A stretch of 64,000 nt of DNA, taken from the NCBI GenBank assembly GCA_963749705.1, contig CAVVNQ010000004.1:1-64000 (forward strand), written 5' to 3'. Below are positions 47,360-57,217 of the stretch, in pieces (the stretch's first letter is position 1; the number at the start of each line of letters is the position of its first letter). The position numbers and the translations under genes are program-made. Source of the stretch: an uncultured Chloroflexia bacterium. Its GTDB lineage: Bacteria; Chloroflexota; Limnocylindria; Limnocylindrales; CSP1-4. The notes beneath the pieces were generated by a model that worked only from the letters and a program-made list of their open reading frames with translations, did no database searches and was not told the origin of the DNA.

Positions 47360-48462
47360 CTGGTTCCTCCATGGACGGTGCTGGCTGTGGCTGGGGTGGT
47401 GGCCGGCTCGCTCGAGGGGTTCGCCGAGTTCGCCGGCAGCGCGTGTGCCGGCGGTGTGCTCGTGGATTCGCGGAGGATCACCTCGGTCGGAAGCGTCGTG
47501 GGCTCCGCGGGATCGCCGCCCAGCACGCGCGCGGCATAGGCGAACCCGCGGCGCCCCATCTCGCGCAGCGGCAGGCGGACGGTGGACAGGCTGGGCGAGG
47601 TGATCGCCGCCGTTCGGATGTCGTCGAAGCCCGCCACGGAGACCGCCCGAGGGACCTCGATGCCCAGCTCCCCCAGCCGCTCCAGGGCACCCAGCGCGAG
47701 CAGGTCGTTGGCGCAGCAGATGGCCGTGAACGGGGCATGGCCCGCGAGCAGGTGGTCCACGCCGAGTGCTCCACCGACGTGGTCAAAGGACGTGTCGATC
47801 ACGAGGTCGGCGTCGAACGGGATCCCGGCCTCTGCGAGGCCACGCCGGTACCCCGCCAGGCGTTCCCGCGCGACGTACAGGAGCGGCGGTCCGGCGAGGA
47901 ACGCGATACGGCGATGCCCGAGACCGACCAGCGCCGCCACCATCGACGCAACACCCTCGCCGTTGTCGACGCCGATCTCCGGCGGACCCATGGCGTGCGG
48001 CGACAGGTGGACCACGGCGGCACCGTTGTCACGCATCGCGGCCACGTGCCGCGGCAGCTCCTCGTTGAGCGCGGGGTCGTCGATCCCGCTGCCGGCAAAG
48101 ATGATCGCGGCCGCCCGGATCGAGCGCAGCAACCTGACGTACGAGCTCTCGCGGGCGGCGTCCCGCTCCGAGCTGCACGTGATGACGAGGTAGCCGGACG
48201 CCGAGGCCGCGTCCTCGACCCCGCGGACGACCTCGGAGAAGTACGGGTCCGTGATGTCGTGGACCAGGACGCCCACGACCGGGACCTGGCTCTTGAGCAG
48301 CCCGCGGGCGAGCGCGTTGGGCACGTAGTCGAGCGTCCGGGCCGCCTCGAGCACGCGCTCGCGAGTGCCCGGGCTGACGGGGTAGTCGGCCGCGGACACG
48401 ACCCGCGAGGCCGTCGCGATCGAGACGCCCGCCAGCCGGGCGACCTCGGTGATCGACGACAT
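47356..48462 (-). CDS. LacI-family regulator
   Basis: ITEVARLAGVSIATASRV, YVPNALARGL, VAGFDD. Confidence 0.93.
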   Translation of the reverse strand: MSSITEVARLAGVSIATASRVVSAADYPVSPGTRERVLEAARTLDYVPNALARGLLKSQVPVVGVLVHDITDPYFSEVVRGVEDAASASGYLVITCSSERDAARESSYVRLLRSIRAAAIIFAGSGIDDPALNEELPRHVAAMRDNGAAVVHLSPHAMGPPEIGVDNGEGVASMVAALVGLGHRRIAFLAGPPLLYVARERLAGYRRGLAEAGIPFDADLVIDTSFDHVGGALGVDHLLAGHAPFTAICCANDLLALGALERLGELGIEVPRAVSVAGFDDIRTAAITSPSLSTVRLPLREMGRRGFAYAARVLGGDPAEPTTLPTEVILRESTSTPPAHALPANSANPSSEPATTPATASTVHGGTR

Positions 48463-49931
48463 CAGTACGGGAACGGATACGACTTGGCCTCGTCCCGCAC
48501 GGTCACCCACTGCCACTGGGTGAACTCGTCCCAGTTGGCGGCGCCACCGAAGCGGGAGCCGTTGCCCGAGGCCCCCATGCCGCCGAACGGGATGACCGCC
48601 TCGTCGTTCACCGTCTGGTCGTTGACATGGACCATGCCGCTCCGGATCCGCTGCGCGATGGCCAGCCCGCGGGAGATCGAGCGCGAGTAGACGGCGCCGG
48701 CGAGCCCGTGCTCGCTGTCGTTGGCCAGCGCCAGGGCCTCCTCGTCGGTGTCGAACACGACGATCGGCGCGACCGGCCCGAACGTCTCCTCGGTCCACAC
48801 CGGCAGATCCGTGGTCACGTCCGCGAGGACGGTGGGTCGGTAGAACAGGCCCTCGTGGGTGCCGCCTTCGACCAGCCGCGCACCCCCTTCGATCGATCGC
48901 CGGACGATGCCGTCCACCCGGGCGAGCTGCTTCTCGTTGACGATCGGACCGAGGTCGACGTCCTCGCGGTACGGATCCCCGGTCCGGAGGCGTCGCGCCT
49001 TCTCGACCAGGGCGTCGACGTAGTCGCCCACGACGCTGCGATGGACGATGTGCCGTCCGACCGCGAAGCAGACCTGGCCCTGGAACTGGAACGAGGCGTA
49101 GGCACCGGCGGATGCGGCGGCGTCGAGGTCCGCGTCGTCGAGGACGACGAACGCGTTGTTGCCACCCAGCTCCAGCGACACCTTCTTGAGTCGCCCGCCC
49201 GCGAGCTCCCCGACCCGCCGGCCGGCGACCGTCGACCCGGTGAACGACACGGCATCGACACGCGGGTCGGTGACGATCGCCTCGCCGGTCTGCGCCCCGC
49301 CGACCACGACCTGGAGCAGTCCCTCCGGGAGGCCCGCCTCGGCGAACACCGCCGCGAACATCGCCCCGCCGCACACCGGGGTCTGCGGGTCGGGCTTGAG
49401 CACCACCGCGTTGCCCAGGGCCAGCGCCGGTGCGACGACGCGCATCCCGAGCACGCTGGGCGAGTTCCAGGGCGTGATCGCCCCGACCACGCCGACCGGG
49501 ATGCGCCGGACCATCGACAGCCGGCCCGACTGCGCGGACGGGACCAGCGAGCCGTACGGCTGCGACGGCATCGTCGCCGCGTTGAGGATCTCCTGCACGG
49601 TGAAGTTCTGCTCATGGTGCATCTTGGTGTGCACCGCGCCCGTCTCGCGCTGCGTCCAGGCACCCAGCTCGTCCCGATGGGATTCGTAGATCTCCGCCGC
49701 GCGGCGAAGGATCCGCGCCCGCTCGATGTAGCTCGTCTCGGCCCACGCGGGCTGTGCTGCGGCAGCGGCCGCAGCCGCCCTCGCGACGTCCTCCGCCGTC
49801 GACTGGGTGACCGTGATCAGCGGTCGTCCGGTCGCCGGCTCGCGCGTCTCCAGTGGCTCGCCGGTACCGGGCCGCCAATCACCGAGGAACGGCTCCAGCC
49901 ATGCTGTCGAGGCGGTTGCGACCATGTTCAT
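48462..49931 (-). CDS. aldehyde dehydrogenase (benzaldehyde DH-like)
   Basis: PWN, FTGST, LELGGN, QGQVC, EETFGP. Confidence 0.92.
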   Translation of the reverse strand: MNMVATASTAWLEPFLGDWRPGTGEPLETREPATGRPLITVTQSTAEDVARAAAAAAAAQPAWAETSYIERARILRRAAEIYESHRDELGAWTQRETGAVHTKMHHEQNFTVQEILNAATMPSQPYGSLVPSAQSGRLSMVRRIPVGVVGAITPWNSPSVLGMRVVAPALALGNAVVLKPDPQTPVCGGAMFAAVFAEAGLPEGLLQVVVGGAQTGEAIVTDPRVDAVSFTGSTVAGRRVGELAGGRLKKVSLELGGNNAFVVLDDADLDAAASAGAYASFQFQGQVCFAVGRHIVHRSVVGDYVDALVEKARRLRTGDPYREDVDLGPIVNEKQLARVDGIVRRSIEGGARLVEGGTHEGLFYRPTVLADVTTDLPVWTEETFGPVAPIVVFDTDEEALALANDSEHGLAGAVYSRSISRGLAIAQRIRSGMVHVNDQTVNDEAVIPFGGMGASGNGSRFGGAANWDEFTQWQWVTVRDEAKSYPFPY

Positions 49932-50027
49932 CTCCCTGTTCTGCTGGCCGTGAGCGGCGGGGCGTGCCGCGGTCGACGGTGTTGGCCGCTGCCATCGGCG
50001 TCGACCGTCGACAGCGGACCGGCCGTG

Positions 50028-50558
50028 TCAGCGGATCACGGCGCGATGGCCGGTCGCCGGATCTCTCCACACCGGCCCCCGGGCGATCACCTTGTCCGTG
50101 AGGCCCTCCTCGATGAAGTCCGGCACCTTCCACGAATACAGCGTCTTTGCCTCCTGGCCCGGGTAGCCGAGCCGTTCGCGAACGTCGCCGTCGGTGTAGT
50201 AGCCGAACACCACCACGGACACGAGCGTTGAGTGAAGGTCCGGCTCTTCACGTGCGAGCGCATCCAGCCGCGCGGGCGGATCCTCGCCGAGCTCCGGTCT
50301 GAGTGCCGCCAACAGGTCGTCGAGCAGATCGGGTCGTGCGCGAAGCACGAACCGAAGCCGGACGTCGTCGATCACGTCGCCGGCCGACGGCATGCCGTGG
50401 GCATCGGGGATGAGGTGCGCCGCCACGGCCGAGAAGCGTGCGCGGCGGCCGCCATCGATTGCGGCGAGTGGGTCGGGCATCGCGCCCGTGCTCGATGCGT
50501 TCGCGGGGCCCGCGTCCCGGCTCGCACCGGTGTCCTGGGGCGGGCGGGCGGCGCTCAT
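50028..50558 (-). CDS. gluconate-2-dehydrogenase subunit-3-like protein
   Basis: HLIP...MPSA...GYYT...LGYPG; ATGA-coupled to GMC gene. Confidence 0.75.
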   Translation of the reverse strand: MSAARPPQDTGASRDAGPANASSTGAMPDPLAAIDGGRRARFSAVAAHLIPDAHGMPSAGDVIDDVRLRFVLRARPDLLDDLLAALRPELGEDPPARLDALAREEPDLHSTLVSVVVFGYYTDGDVRERLGYPGQEAKTLYSWKVPDFIEEGLTDKVIARGPVWRDPATGHRAVIR

Positions 50559-52168
50559 GCCGGCACCTGCTGGTTGAAGCGCGTCTCCACCATGTGGTCC
50601 GCGGCACGAAGGGCGAGCGCGGAGATGGTCGAGGTCGGGTTGACGCCGCCAGAGGTGACGAAGCAGCTTCCGTCGGCGATGTACAGGTTCGGGACGTCGT
50701 GGGTTCGGTTCCAACGATCGACCACCGAGGTGGCGGGGTCGTCGCCCATCCGCGCCGTTCCCAGCAGGTGCCAGCCCGAGTAGCGCATCAGCCGGTCGAC
50801 CTCGATCGTGTGCGCCCCTGCCTCGCGCAGCGACTCGGACGCCTTCTCGATGTGGAAGTCCAGCAGCCGGCGCGAGTTATCCGACACCTGGTAGTGGATC
50901 TCCGGGGCAGGGATGCCGGAGGCGTCGGCCATGGTCGTCGAAAGGACCACCTGGTTGGCCTCGTCCGGCAGGTCCTCGCCGAACAGGCCCCAGTTCGCGC
51001 CGCGGCCCAGGTGCGACCGGACGTGCAGGTGGTGGTCCGGGCCCCAGACCTGCGTCCCGGCCCGACTGGGGAGTGCCGCGTTGATCGGGCCGAACGTGGG
51101 TGCGAGGCCCCACTTGGCGCCCCGGACGAAGCCGCGCCGCTCGTCGGTCTCGTAGAACTCGAACGATTCGATCGAGCAGCCGAACTGGCCCTGCCAGCTC
51201 TCGAGGTCCTCGTCGAACAGGCCACCGACGTTGGCGAACGGGTGCATCATCAGCCGCCGGCCGACCAGTCCCGACGAGTTGGCCAGACCGTCGCGATGCG
51301 CAGGTGAGGCCGATAGCAGCAGCAGCCGGGTGGTCCCGATCGCGTTCGCCGCCAGGACCACGACCCGAGCTGCCTGGAAATGCTCGCCGCCGTCGGCATC
51401 CAGCCAGGTGGCGCCCGTGACCAGCCCGGCGGCATTCGTCTCGAGCCGCCGCACGCGGGCACCCGTGACCAGCTGCGCTCCGAGCCCGATCGCCTTCGGC
51501 CAGTGGGTGAGGTCGGTCGATGCCTTGGCGCCCTCACCGCATCCCTGCTGGCAGGTGCCACGCTGCACGCACGGATGACGCCCGTCGTAGGGCACCGACA
51601 GGATCGAGTTGGGCTCGGGCCACCAGTGCCAGCCCAGCCGCGCGTGGGCTCGCGCGACCTTGAGGCCCCCTGCGCCCAGCGGCAGCGGCGGCAGGGGCGG
51701 GTCCTCGCCTCCGGGCGGGTACGCCGGGTCACCGCCCATGCCAGAAACGCCGAACTGTCGGTCCGTGCGCTCGTAGTACGGCCGCAGCTCCTCGTAGTCC
51801 AGCGGCCAGTCGTCGGCAATTCCATCGAGCGAGCGCACGCGGAAGTCCGACGGCAGCATCCGGGGCCACGCTCCGGCGAAGATGAGCATCGAACCGCCGA
51901 CCGCGGAGAACATGAGCGGCGACACCGCGGTATCGCGCTCGTCGATCGGATAGTCCTCCGGCAGGCGCCGGATGTTGGGGCTGGTCGCCCACTGCTTGCG
52001 CATCGTGAGCTCCCAGTCGAGCTCCGAGCCCCGGTATTCCGATCGGTCGTGCCACCGTCCCTGCTCGAGGCACACCACGCTGAACCCGGCCTCCGCAAGG
52101 CGGAGCGCGACCACGCCGCCCGTGGCGCCGGCGCCGATGATCAGGACATCTGCGGGTTCAGTGGCCAA
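50555..52168 (-). CDS. GMC-family oxidoreductase
   Basis: GAGATG, CVQRGTCQQGC, LMMH, HLLGTARMG, VNPT. Confidence 0.92.
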   Translation of the reverse strand: MATEPADVLIIGAGATGGVVALRLAEAGFSVVCLEQGRWHDRSEYRGSELDWELTMRKQWATSPNIRRLPEDYPIDERDTAVSPLMFSAVGGSMLIFAGAWPRMLPSDFRVRSLDGIADDWPLDYEELRPYYERTDRQFGVSGMGGDPAYPPGGEDPPLPPLPLGAGGLKVARAHARLGWHWWPEPNSILSVPYDGRHPCVQRGTCQQGCGEGAKASTDLTHWPKAIGLGAQLVTGARVRRLETNAAGLVTGATWLDADGGEHFQAARVVVLAANAIGTTRLLLLSASPAHRDGLANSSGLVGRRLMMHPFANVGGLFDEDLESWQGQFGCSIESFEFYETDERRGFVRGAKWGLAPTFGPINAALPSRAGTQVWGPDHHLHVRSHLGRGANWGLFGEDLPDEANQVVLSTTMADASGIPAPEIHYQVSDNSRRLLDFHIEKASESLREAGAHTIEVDRLMRYSGWHLLGTARMGDDPATSVVDRWNRTHDVPNLYIADGSCFVTSGGVNPTSTISALALRAADHMVETRFNQQVPA

Positions 52169-52328
52169 GGCTGCCTCCTTCCGGCGGATTGGTGGCGGTC
52201 GAGCGCGGAGCACCGAGGATGCCGTGGTCGTCGCGTGGTCCCGTACGGTGCGTGGTCCCCGCTCGGTGGTTCGGTGCGTGGTCCGTGGCTCCGGCCGTTC
52301 CGTGCAGCCGGCTGCTCGCGACCGAGCG

Positions 52329-52366
52329 ATAGTAAACCTTCTCTGTCAGAAGGTAAACCTTGTCTG
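52329..52366 (-). promoter_or_regulatory. catabolic operon promoter overlapped by two LacI-like operators
   Basis: Minus strand TTTACC-N17-TACTAT; GTAAACCTT at 52332-40 and 52353-61. Confidence 0.65.
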
Positions 52367-52426
52367 CGCACGAGGGGGCTCTCCACCGGTACCACCTTCG
52401 CAACCGGTGCCGACCCTCCCTCCGCG

Positions 52427-52607
52427 TATGCGTACCACGCTTACGAGGCCCTACCCCGACGCCTGAACCGCTCACCGGATCGTCTGTTCGCCGTCGCGTG
52501 TGCACCGTATGCGCAGGACGCATGCACCGCGCGCAGACGCGGCCTTCCCGTTGCCCCCTCGACGGCGACACGCGCCGATCCGTGGCTCCGTAAGGGTGGT
52601 ACGCATA
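52427..52607. repeat. 181-bp element bounded by 19-bp inverted repeats (MITE-like)
   Basis: TATGCGTACCACGCTTACG (52427-45) vs CGTAAGGGTGGTACGCATA (52589-607), 18/19 complementary. Confidence 0.65.
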
Positions 52608-52769
52608 TCGGGCACGCCTCGGGGTTGCCTCGCGTGTTCGGCGGCCCGGCCCGTAGCGGCGGCACGCGCCGGTGCGCGCCACGCGACGCACCAACGGCGG
52701 CGCGACGCAGGCGCGATGATCGGCCCGACAGCGAGCAGCCGGTCGTGGTGACCGGGAAGGAGCGAACCC

Positions 52770-54137
52770 ATGGGCGGCGCCCGGACCCTCGATCGTGATC
52801 GCCTAGATCGGCTGATGGCCACGGAGCGCGCGGCGTTCGAGCGCGCCAACCCGCGATCACGGGCGCTCTGGGAGCGCGCCAAGGGCTCGCTCCTCGACGG
52901 CGTGCCGATGAACTGGATGATCAAGTGGGCCGGCAGCTGGCCGCTGTTCGTCGACGAGGCGCACGGCGCCCGGTTCACCGATGTCGACGGCCACGAGTAC
53001 GTGGACTTCTGCCTCGGCGACACGGGGGCGATGGCTGGCCACGGGCCGGACGCGACGGTTCGGGCCGTCGAACGCCAGCTCCGCCGGGGCATCACCCACA
53101 TGCTCCCGACCGAGGACGCGATCGTCGCCGGCGACGAGCTCCAGCGCCGGTTCGGGCTCCGCTGGTGGCAGTTCACGCTCACGGCCACCGATGCCAACCG
53201 GTTCGCGATCCGGCTCGCCCGCGCCATCACCGGCCGGCCGAAGATCCTCGTCCACAACCACAACTACCACGGGTCCGTCGACGAGACCTTCGCCTGGATC
53301 GCGGACGACGGCACCATCGAGGCCCGGCGCGGCAACCTCGGGCCGCCCGTCCCGCCGTCGGAGACCACGAGGGTCGTGGAGATCAACGACCTCGACGCGC
53401 TGGAGCGCGAGCTCGCCCATGGCGACGTCGCGGCGGCGCTGATGGAGCCGGCGCTGACCAACGTCGGCATCGTGCTCCCGGATCCCGGCTATCACGAGGC
53501 CGTGCGCGAGCTGACCCGGCGGCACGGCACGCTGCTGATCAACGACGAGACGCACACGATCTGCGCCGGACCCGGCGGCTATACGGGCGCCCACGACCTC
53601 CACCCGGACCTGCTCACGATCGGCAAGACGATCGGCGGCGGGATCCCGGCCGGCGCATACGGCTTCACCGAGGAGGTCGGTGAGCGGATCCGGGCGACGA
53701 TCTCGTGGGAGGACTCCGACGTCGGCGGCATCGGTGGCACGCTGGCCGGCAACGCCCTGTCGCTGGCGGCGATCCGGGCGACGCTGACCGAGGTGCTGAC
53801 CGACGAGGCGTTCGCCCGGATGATCCCGCTCGGCGAGCGATTCGAGGCCGGCGTCGACGGCGTCATCCGCGCCCACGACGTCCCGTGGCACGTGACCCGT
53901 TTGGGGGCTCGCGCCGAATACCATTTCATGCCCGACCGGCCGCGCAACGGCTCCGAGCAGTGGGCGCACGGCGACACGGACCTGGAGCGCTTCCTTCACC
54001 TGTGGGCGATGAACCGGGGCGTGCTGATGACGCCGTTCCACAACATGGCGCTGATGTCGCCCGACACGACGGCGGCGGACGTCGACCGCCACACCGAGGT
54101 GTTCGGCGACGCGGTGGCGGCGCTGTTCGGGGGCTGA
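52770..54137 (+). CDS. class III PLP aminotransferase (GSA-aminomutase-like)
   Basis: DVDGHEYVDF, YHG, DETHT, GKTIGGG, GGTLAGN. Confidence 0.9.
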   Translation: MGGARTLDRDRLDRLMATERAAFERANPRSRALWERAKGSLLDGVPMNWMIKWAGSWPLFVDEAHGARFTDVDGHEYVDFCLGDTGAMAGHGPDATVRAVERQLRRGITHMLPTEDAIVAGDELQRRFGLRWWQFTLTATDANRFAIRLARAITGRPKILVHNHNYHGSVDETFAWIADDGTIEARRGNLGPPVPPSETTRVVEINDLDALERELAHGDVAAALMEPALTNVGIVLPDPGYHEAVRELTRRHGTLLINDETHTICAGPGGYTGAHDLHPDLLTIGKTIGGGIPAGAYGFTEEVGERIRATISWEDSDVGGIGGTLAGNALSLAAIRATLTEVLTDEAFARMIPLGERFEAGVDGVIRAHDVPWHVTRLGARAEYHFMPDRPRNGSEQWAHGDTDLERFLHLWAMNRGVLMTPFHNMALMSPDTTAADVDRHTEVFGDAVAALFGG

Positions 54138-54182
54138 CGGCGCGCGGCGGCGAGCGCGACCGCGGGGCGGCGAATTGACCGA

Positions 54183-54752
54183 TCAGCCGGTGACCGCCGG
54201 CCGCCACCAGCGGCGCTCGACCACGAGCTCCGCGCCCAGCTGCTCGTCGATCTGCTCGCGCGGCTCGAAGCCGCGCGCCTCGTAGAACACCTCGCCCAGC
54301 CGGTTGCCGGCCAGCACGTCGGCCACGATGGGCAGGTCCGGGTGGGCGTCGATGATCGCGTCGAGCAGGGCGCTGCCGAGGCCACGACCACGCATCCCGG
54401 GGTTGGCGTAGATCGCGACCAGCGTCACCCGGTCGGGCTCCTCGGGCTCCACGGCCGTCTCGGCGAACGCGGTCACCACCCCGTCCAGCTCTGCGACCCA
54501 CGTCTCGTGGCGCTCGATCCGGAGGGCGACGCGCTCCTCGGAATAGGCCCGCTCGACGAACCACTCGATGGTCTCGTCCCGGAGCATGCCGCGGTAGGTG
54601 GCTCGCCAGGCGGACTGCGCGATGTCGCGGATCGCCGTCGCGTGCGACGGCGTGGCGCGGCGCACACGGATTGGCGGGCGGTCGGGTGCCATCATCAGCG
54701 CCTCGAGCGAACGAGGCGGGCCGAGGGACAGATTCGCCGGACGATCAGCCAC
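54183..54752 (-). CDS. GNAT acetyltransferase
   Basis: AWRATY, RGRGLGSAL, FYEARGF. Confidence 0.88.
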   Translation of the reverse strand: MADRPANLSLGPPRSLEALMMAPDRPPIRVRRATPSHATAIRDIAQSAWRATYRGMLRDETIEWFVERAYSEERVALRIERHETWVAELDGVVTAFAETAVEPEEPDRVTLVAIYANPGMRGRGLGSALLDAIIDAHPDLPIVADVLAGNRLGEVFYEARGFEPREQIDEQLGAELVVERRWWRPAVTG

Positions 54753-54799
54753 CGGCGGAGTGTACTAAGGCGTGTGGCTACGAAGATCGGAGGGCCGGC

Positions 54800-55090
54800 A
54801 TGGGGATCACGGGCGATCGCTACCAGGGCACGTTCGCGGGGCACTCGATCGAGCTGGTGCGCGAGAACGTGCTCAAGACGCTGTCACTCGAGGTCGACGG
54901 GCACGAGGTGGCCAGAGCGTCTCGCGTGCTGCCGCACGACATCACGCTGACGGCCGAGCTCGAGCACGAAGGCGTGACGCACGCCGTGACCGCACGCTCG
55001 ACGGTGAAGCGGATCCTCGGCCTGCCGCTCGATGCGAACGACGTCATCGAGGTCGACGGCGAGCCATTGGCGCTGCACAAGGTGCGGTGA
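54800..55090 (+). CDS. hypothetical beta-rich protein (96 aa)
   Basis: GGAGGG RBS; typical codon usage. Confidence 0.7.
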   Translation: MGITGDRYQGTFAGHSIELVRENVLKTLSLEVDGHEVARASRVLPHDITLTAELEHEGVTHAVTARSTVKRILGLPLDANDVIEVDGEPLALHKVR

Positions 55091-55158
55091 CCGGCCGGGC
55101 GGCGGGCCGTTGGCGAGCCGGTCCGCGCCTCGCTTCCCAGCGTCGCGGCCCGTCGATC

Positions 55159-55662
55159 CTAGCCGCCACCTCGGCCGGACGACCCCTGATCCGGCGCCGG
55201 GTCCAGCGCCTCCAGCCGGGCCAGCTCCTCGGCCACCGCGAGCGGTCGGCGGTGCTGCCGGTCCGTGGGCGCCTCGGCGTTGAGCCGGGCGATGGCCGCG
55301 TTGATCTCGATGACCAGCCGCTCGAGCTCGGTCCGGTATCGCCCTCGGCCGACAGGCGACGCCGCCCGCGCCCGGGCGACGATCGCGTCACGCCGGACGA
55401 GCAGCTCGCGCACCTGCTTGTCGGCCTCGATCCAGGGCGGTGCCGCACCCGCGTTCCGGAGCATCCGGTAGGCCATCGCCCACTCTCCGGCGAACGTGTC
55501 GTCACCAAGGGGAATGGGCTCGCCGCGGTACGGCAGGTCGTCGAACGCGCCGTCCTCCATCGCCTCGCGGATCTGGCGATCGACGAGGCTCTCCCAGGTG
55601 GGCGCGACCTGGCGGTGGCCGTCGGCGTCGATGCGGTTCGGTGGCCTGCGTTCCGGTTCCAC
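55159..55662 (-). CDS. DUF1992 domain protein
   Basis: VDRQIREAMEDGAFDDLPYRGEPI...LRNAGAAPPWIE. Confidence 0.88.
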   Translation of the reverse strand: MEPERRPPNRIDADGHRQVAPTWESLVDRQIREAMEDGAFDDLPYRGEPIPLGDDTFAGEWAMAYRMLRNAGAAPPWIEADKQVRELLVRRDAIVARARAASPVGRGRYRTELERLVIEINAAIARLNAEAPTDRQHRRPLAVAEELARLEALDPAPDQGSSGRGGG

Positions 55663-55829
55663 GGGCGGAGTGTAGGCGACGCGCAGGAGCGCCGCGACGG
55701 GATCGTCGAGCCGTCGCCCGTGACCGTCGGCTGCCCGCGATGGTACGAACGGCCATCCGCAACGGGTCGCTGCACGATCGCCGCGGGGCTATCGTCGGGA
55801 ACGGTGGCGCAGGAGCAGGGTGGCAGGCC

Positions 55830-57143
55830 GTGGGGCTTACGTTCGGGGTCGTCGGGCAGGCAGCAAAGCGGGGCATCATTCCACGGCAGCCGGCGCCGGA
55901 TCGGCTGCTGGCCGACGCCCAGGAGTGGATCGCTCGCGAGCACGGTCAGGCAGTCCGCTCGATGCACCGCGACCCGACCCCCGGCGGCGACATCGAGCTC
56001 ACCGTCGACGTCCATCCGGCGGCCGAGCCGGTCACCATCGCCACCGATGCGACCGGCCGTGTGCGCGCGTCGGCGGACGTGACCGCGGTCGGTCCCGGGT
56101 ATCACACGTTCGTCGCCCGCCTGCTCGAGCGCCTCGGTCTGGCCCTGGGGATCGTGTGGCTCGAGGACCCGGCAGGGGCACGGCCCACGGATGTGGTGCC
56201 GGGGAACCACGCGGTGGGACAGGCGAGGGAGCAGCTGCTCGAGCGCGAGGACGTGGAGCGGGCGCACCTCACGGGTCTCGGGCAGTCGCTGGGGCGGGTG
56301 CTGGAGCTTCGCCGCGGCGGTGAGACCGGGATCCACGTGGGGTTGCGAACGGGAACGAGGTTCTCCTCGTCGAGTGCGATCGTGACCCCGCTCGGACCTC
56401 GCGACGACGACTGGCTGGACCGCGCCGCGCGGGACGCGAGGATTGCGCGCGATATCCGGCCGTGGTGGTTGGACGCCATGGATGCCCGGTATCACCTGAA
56501 CCGGGCGCTGTGCCTCATGTGGACCGAGATCCGGTGGCGGCCCCCGACGGACGACACGGAGGTCGCGGCGTTCGACGAAGCGCTCCATCATCTCCGTCGA
56601 GCGCTGCCGATGGACCCGTCGCTCCCCTACCCCTGGCGCGAGTGGCAGGAGATGATCAGCCTGCGCGGTGTCAGCGATCCGATCGAGCACCGTGTCACCG
56701 CTCGGGCCGCATCGGCGGACGCGTCGCCGACGCCCGTGGGCTACCGCCGGCGGCCGGTCACGGTCGTCCAGGATGGCTGGTCGCTCGAGGTGCCCGGAGA
56801 CTTCTCCGAGCGCCGGACCGGTGAGGAATGGCGGGGCCGCGACCGGGGCCGCGCCGTGACCCTCGCGGGAGGCGTCATCGGAACCGAGCGGGACCCCATG
56901 CCACCCGAGACGTTCCTCGCCCAGGTCGCCCCAAGCCTCGGTGACAGCGTGCTCAACCACCGCGACGGCGACCTTCTCGGAACTGCGCGCATCGGCACGG
57001 ATGCAAGCTCCGGGATCGAGGTTGCCGTGCTGGAGGGCTATTCGGCGGTTCCCGGGCGTGGCGCCAGGATCCGGATCGTATTCGACGAGGCCACCGACTG
57101 GCAGTGGGCCGTCAACCTGTGGCGGTCGCTTCGTCCCGCCTGA
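55830..57143 (+). CDS. hypothetical protein
   Basis: Long protein-like ORF (~437 aa) with no recognised family; start inferred. Confidence 0.7.
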   Translation: MGLTFGVVGQAAKRGIIPRQPAPDRLLADAQEWIAREHGQAVRSMHRDPTPGGDIELTVDVHPAAEPVTIATDATGRVRASADVTAVGPGYHTFVARLLERLGLALGIVWLEDPAGARPTDVVPGNHAVGQAREQLLEREDVERAHLTGLGQSLGRVLELRRGGETGIHVGLRTGTRFSSSSAIVTPLGPRDDDWLDRAARDARIARDIRPWWLDAMDARYHLNRALCLMWTEIRWRPPTDDTEVAAFDEALHHLRRALPMDPSLPYPWREWQEMISLRGVSDPIEHRVTARAASADASPTPVGYRRRPVTVVQDGWSLEVPGDFSERRTGEEWRGRDRGRAVTLAGGVIGTERDPMPPETFLAQVAPSLGDSVLNHRDGDLLGTARIGTDASSGIEVAVLEGYSAVPGRGARIRIVFDEATDWQWAVNLWRSLRPA

Positions 57144-57217
57144 TCGAGGCGCCGGCGCTCGCTGCCGACGGCCGTGACAGGCAAGGTGGCACGACGGGCC
57201 CGTAGCATTCCCGGTGC

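Noticed and set aside
39771-52168. Mycofactocin cluster (MftE-like creatininase, GMC, LLM, SDR)
   Set aside because: No MftA precursor, MftB, radical-SAM MftC or glycosyltransferase; context is catabolic.
52770-54137. hemL assignment
   Set aside because: Lacks the PGGVNSPVR signature and has no hem gene context; left as class III aminotransferase.
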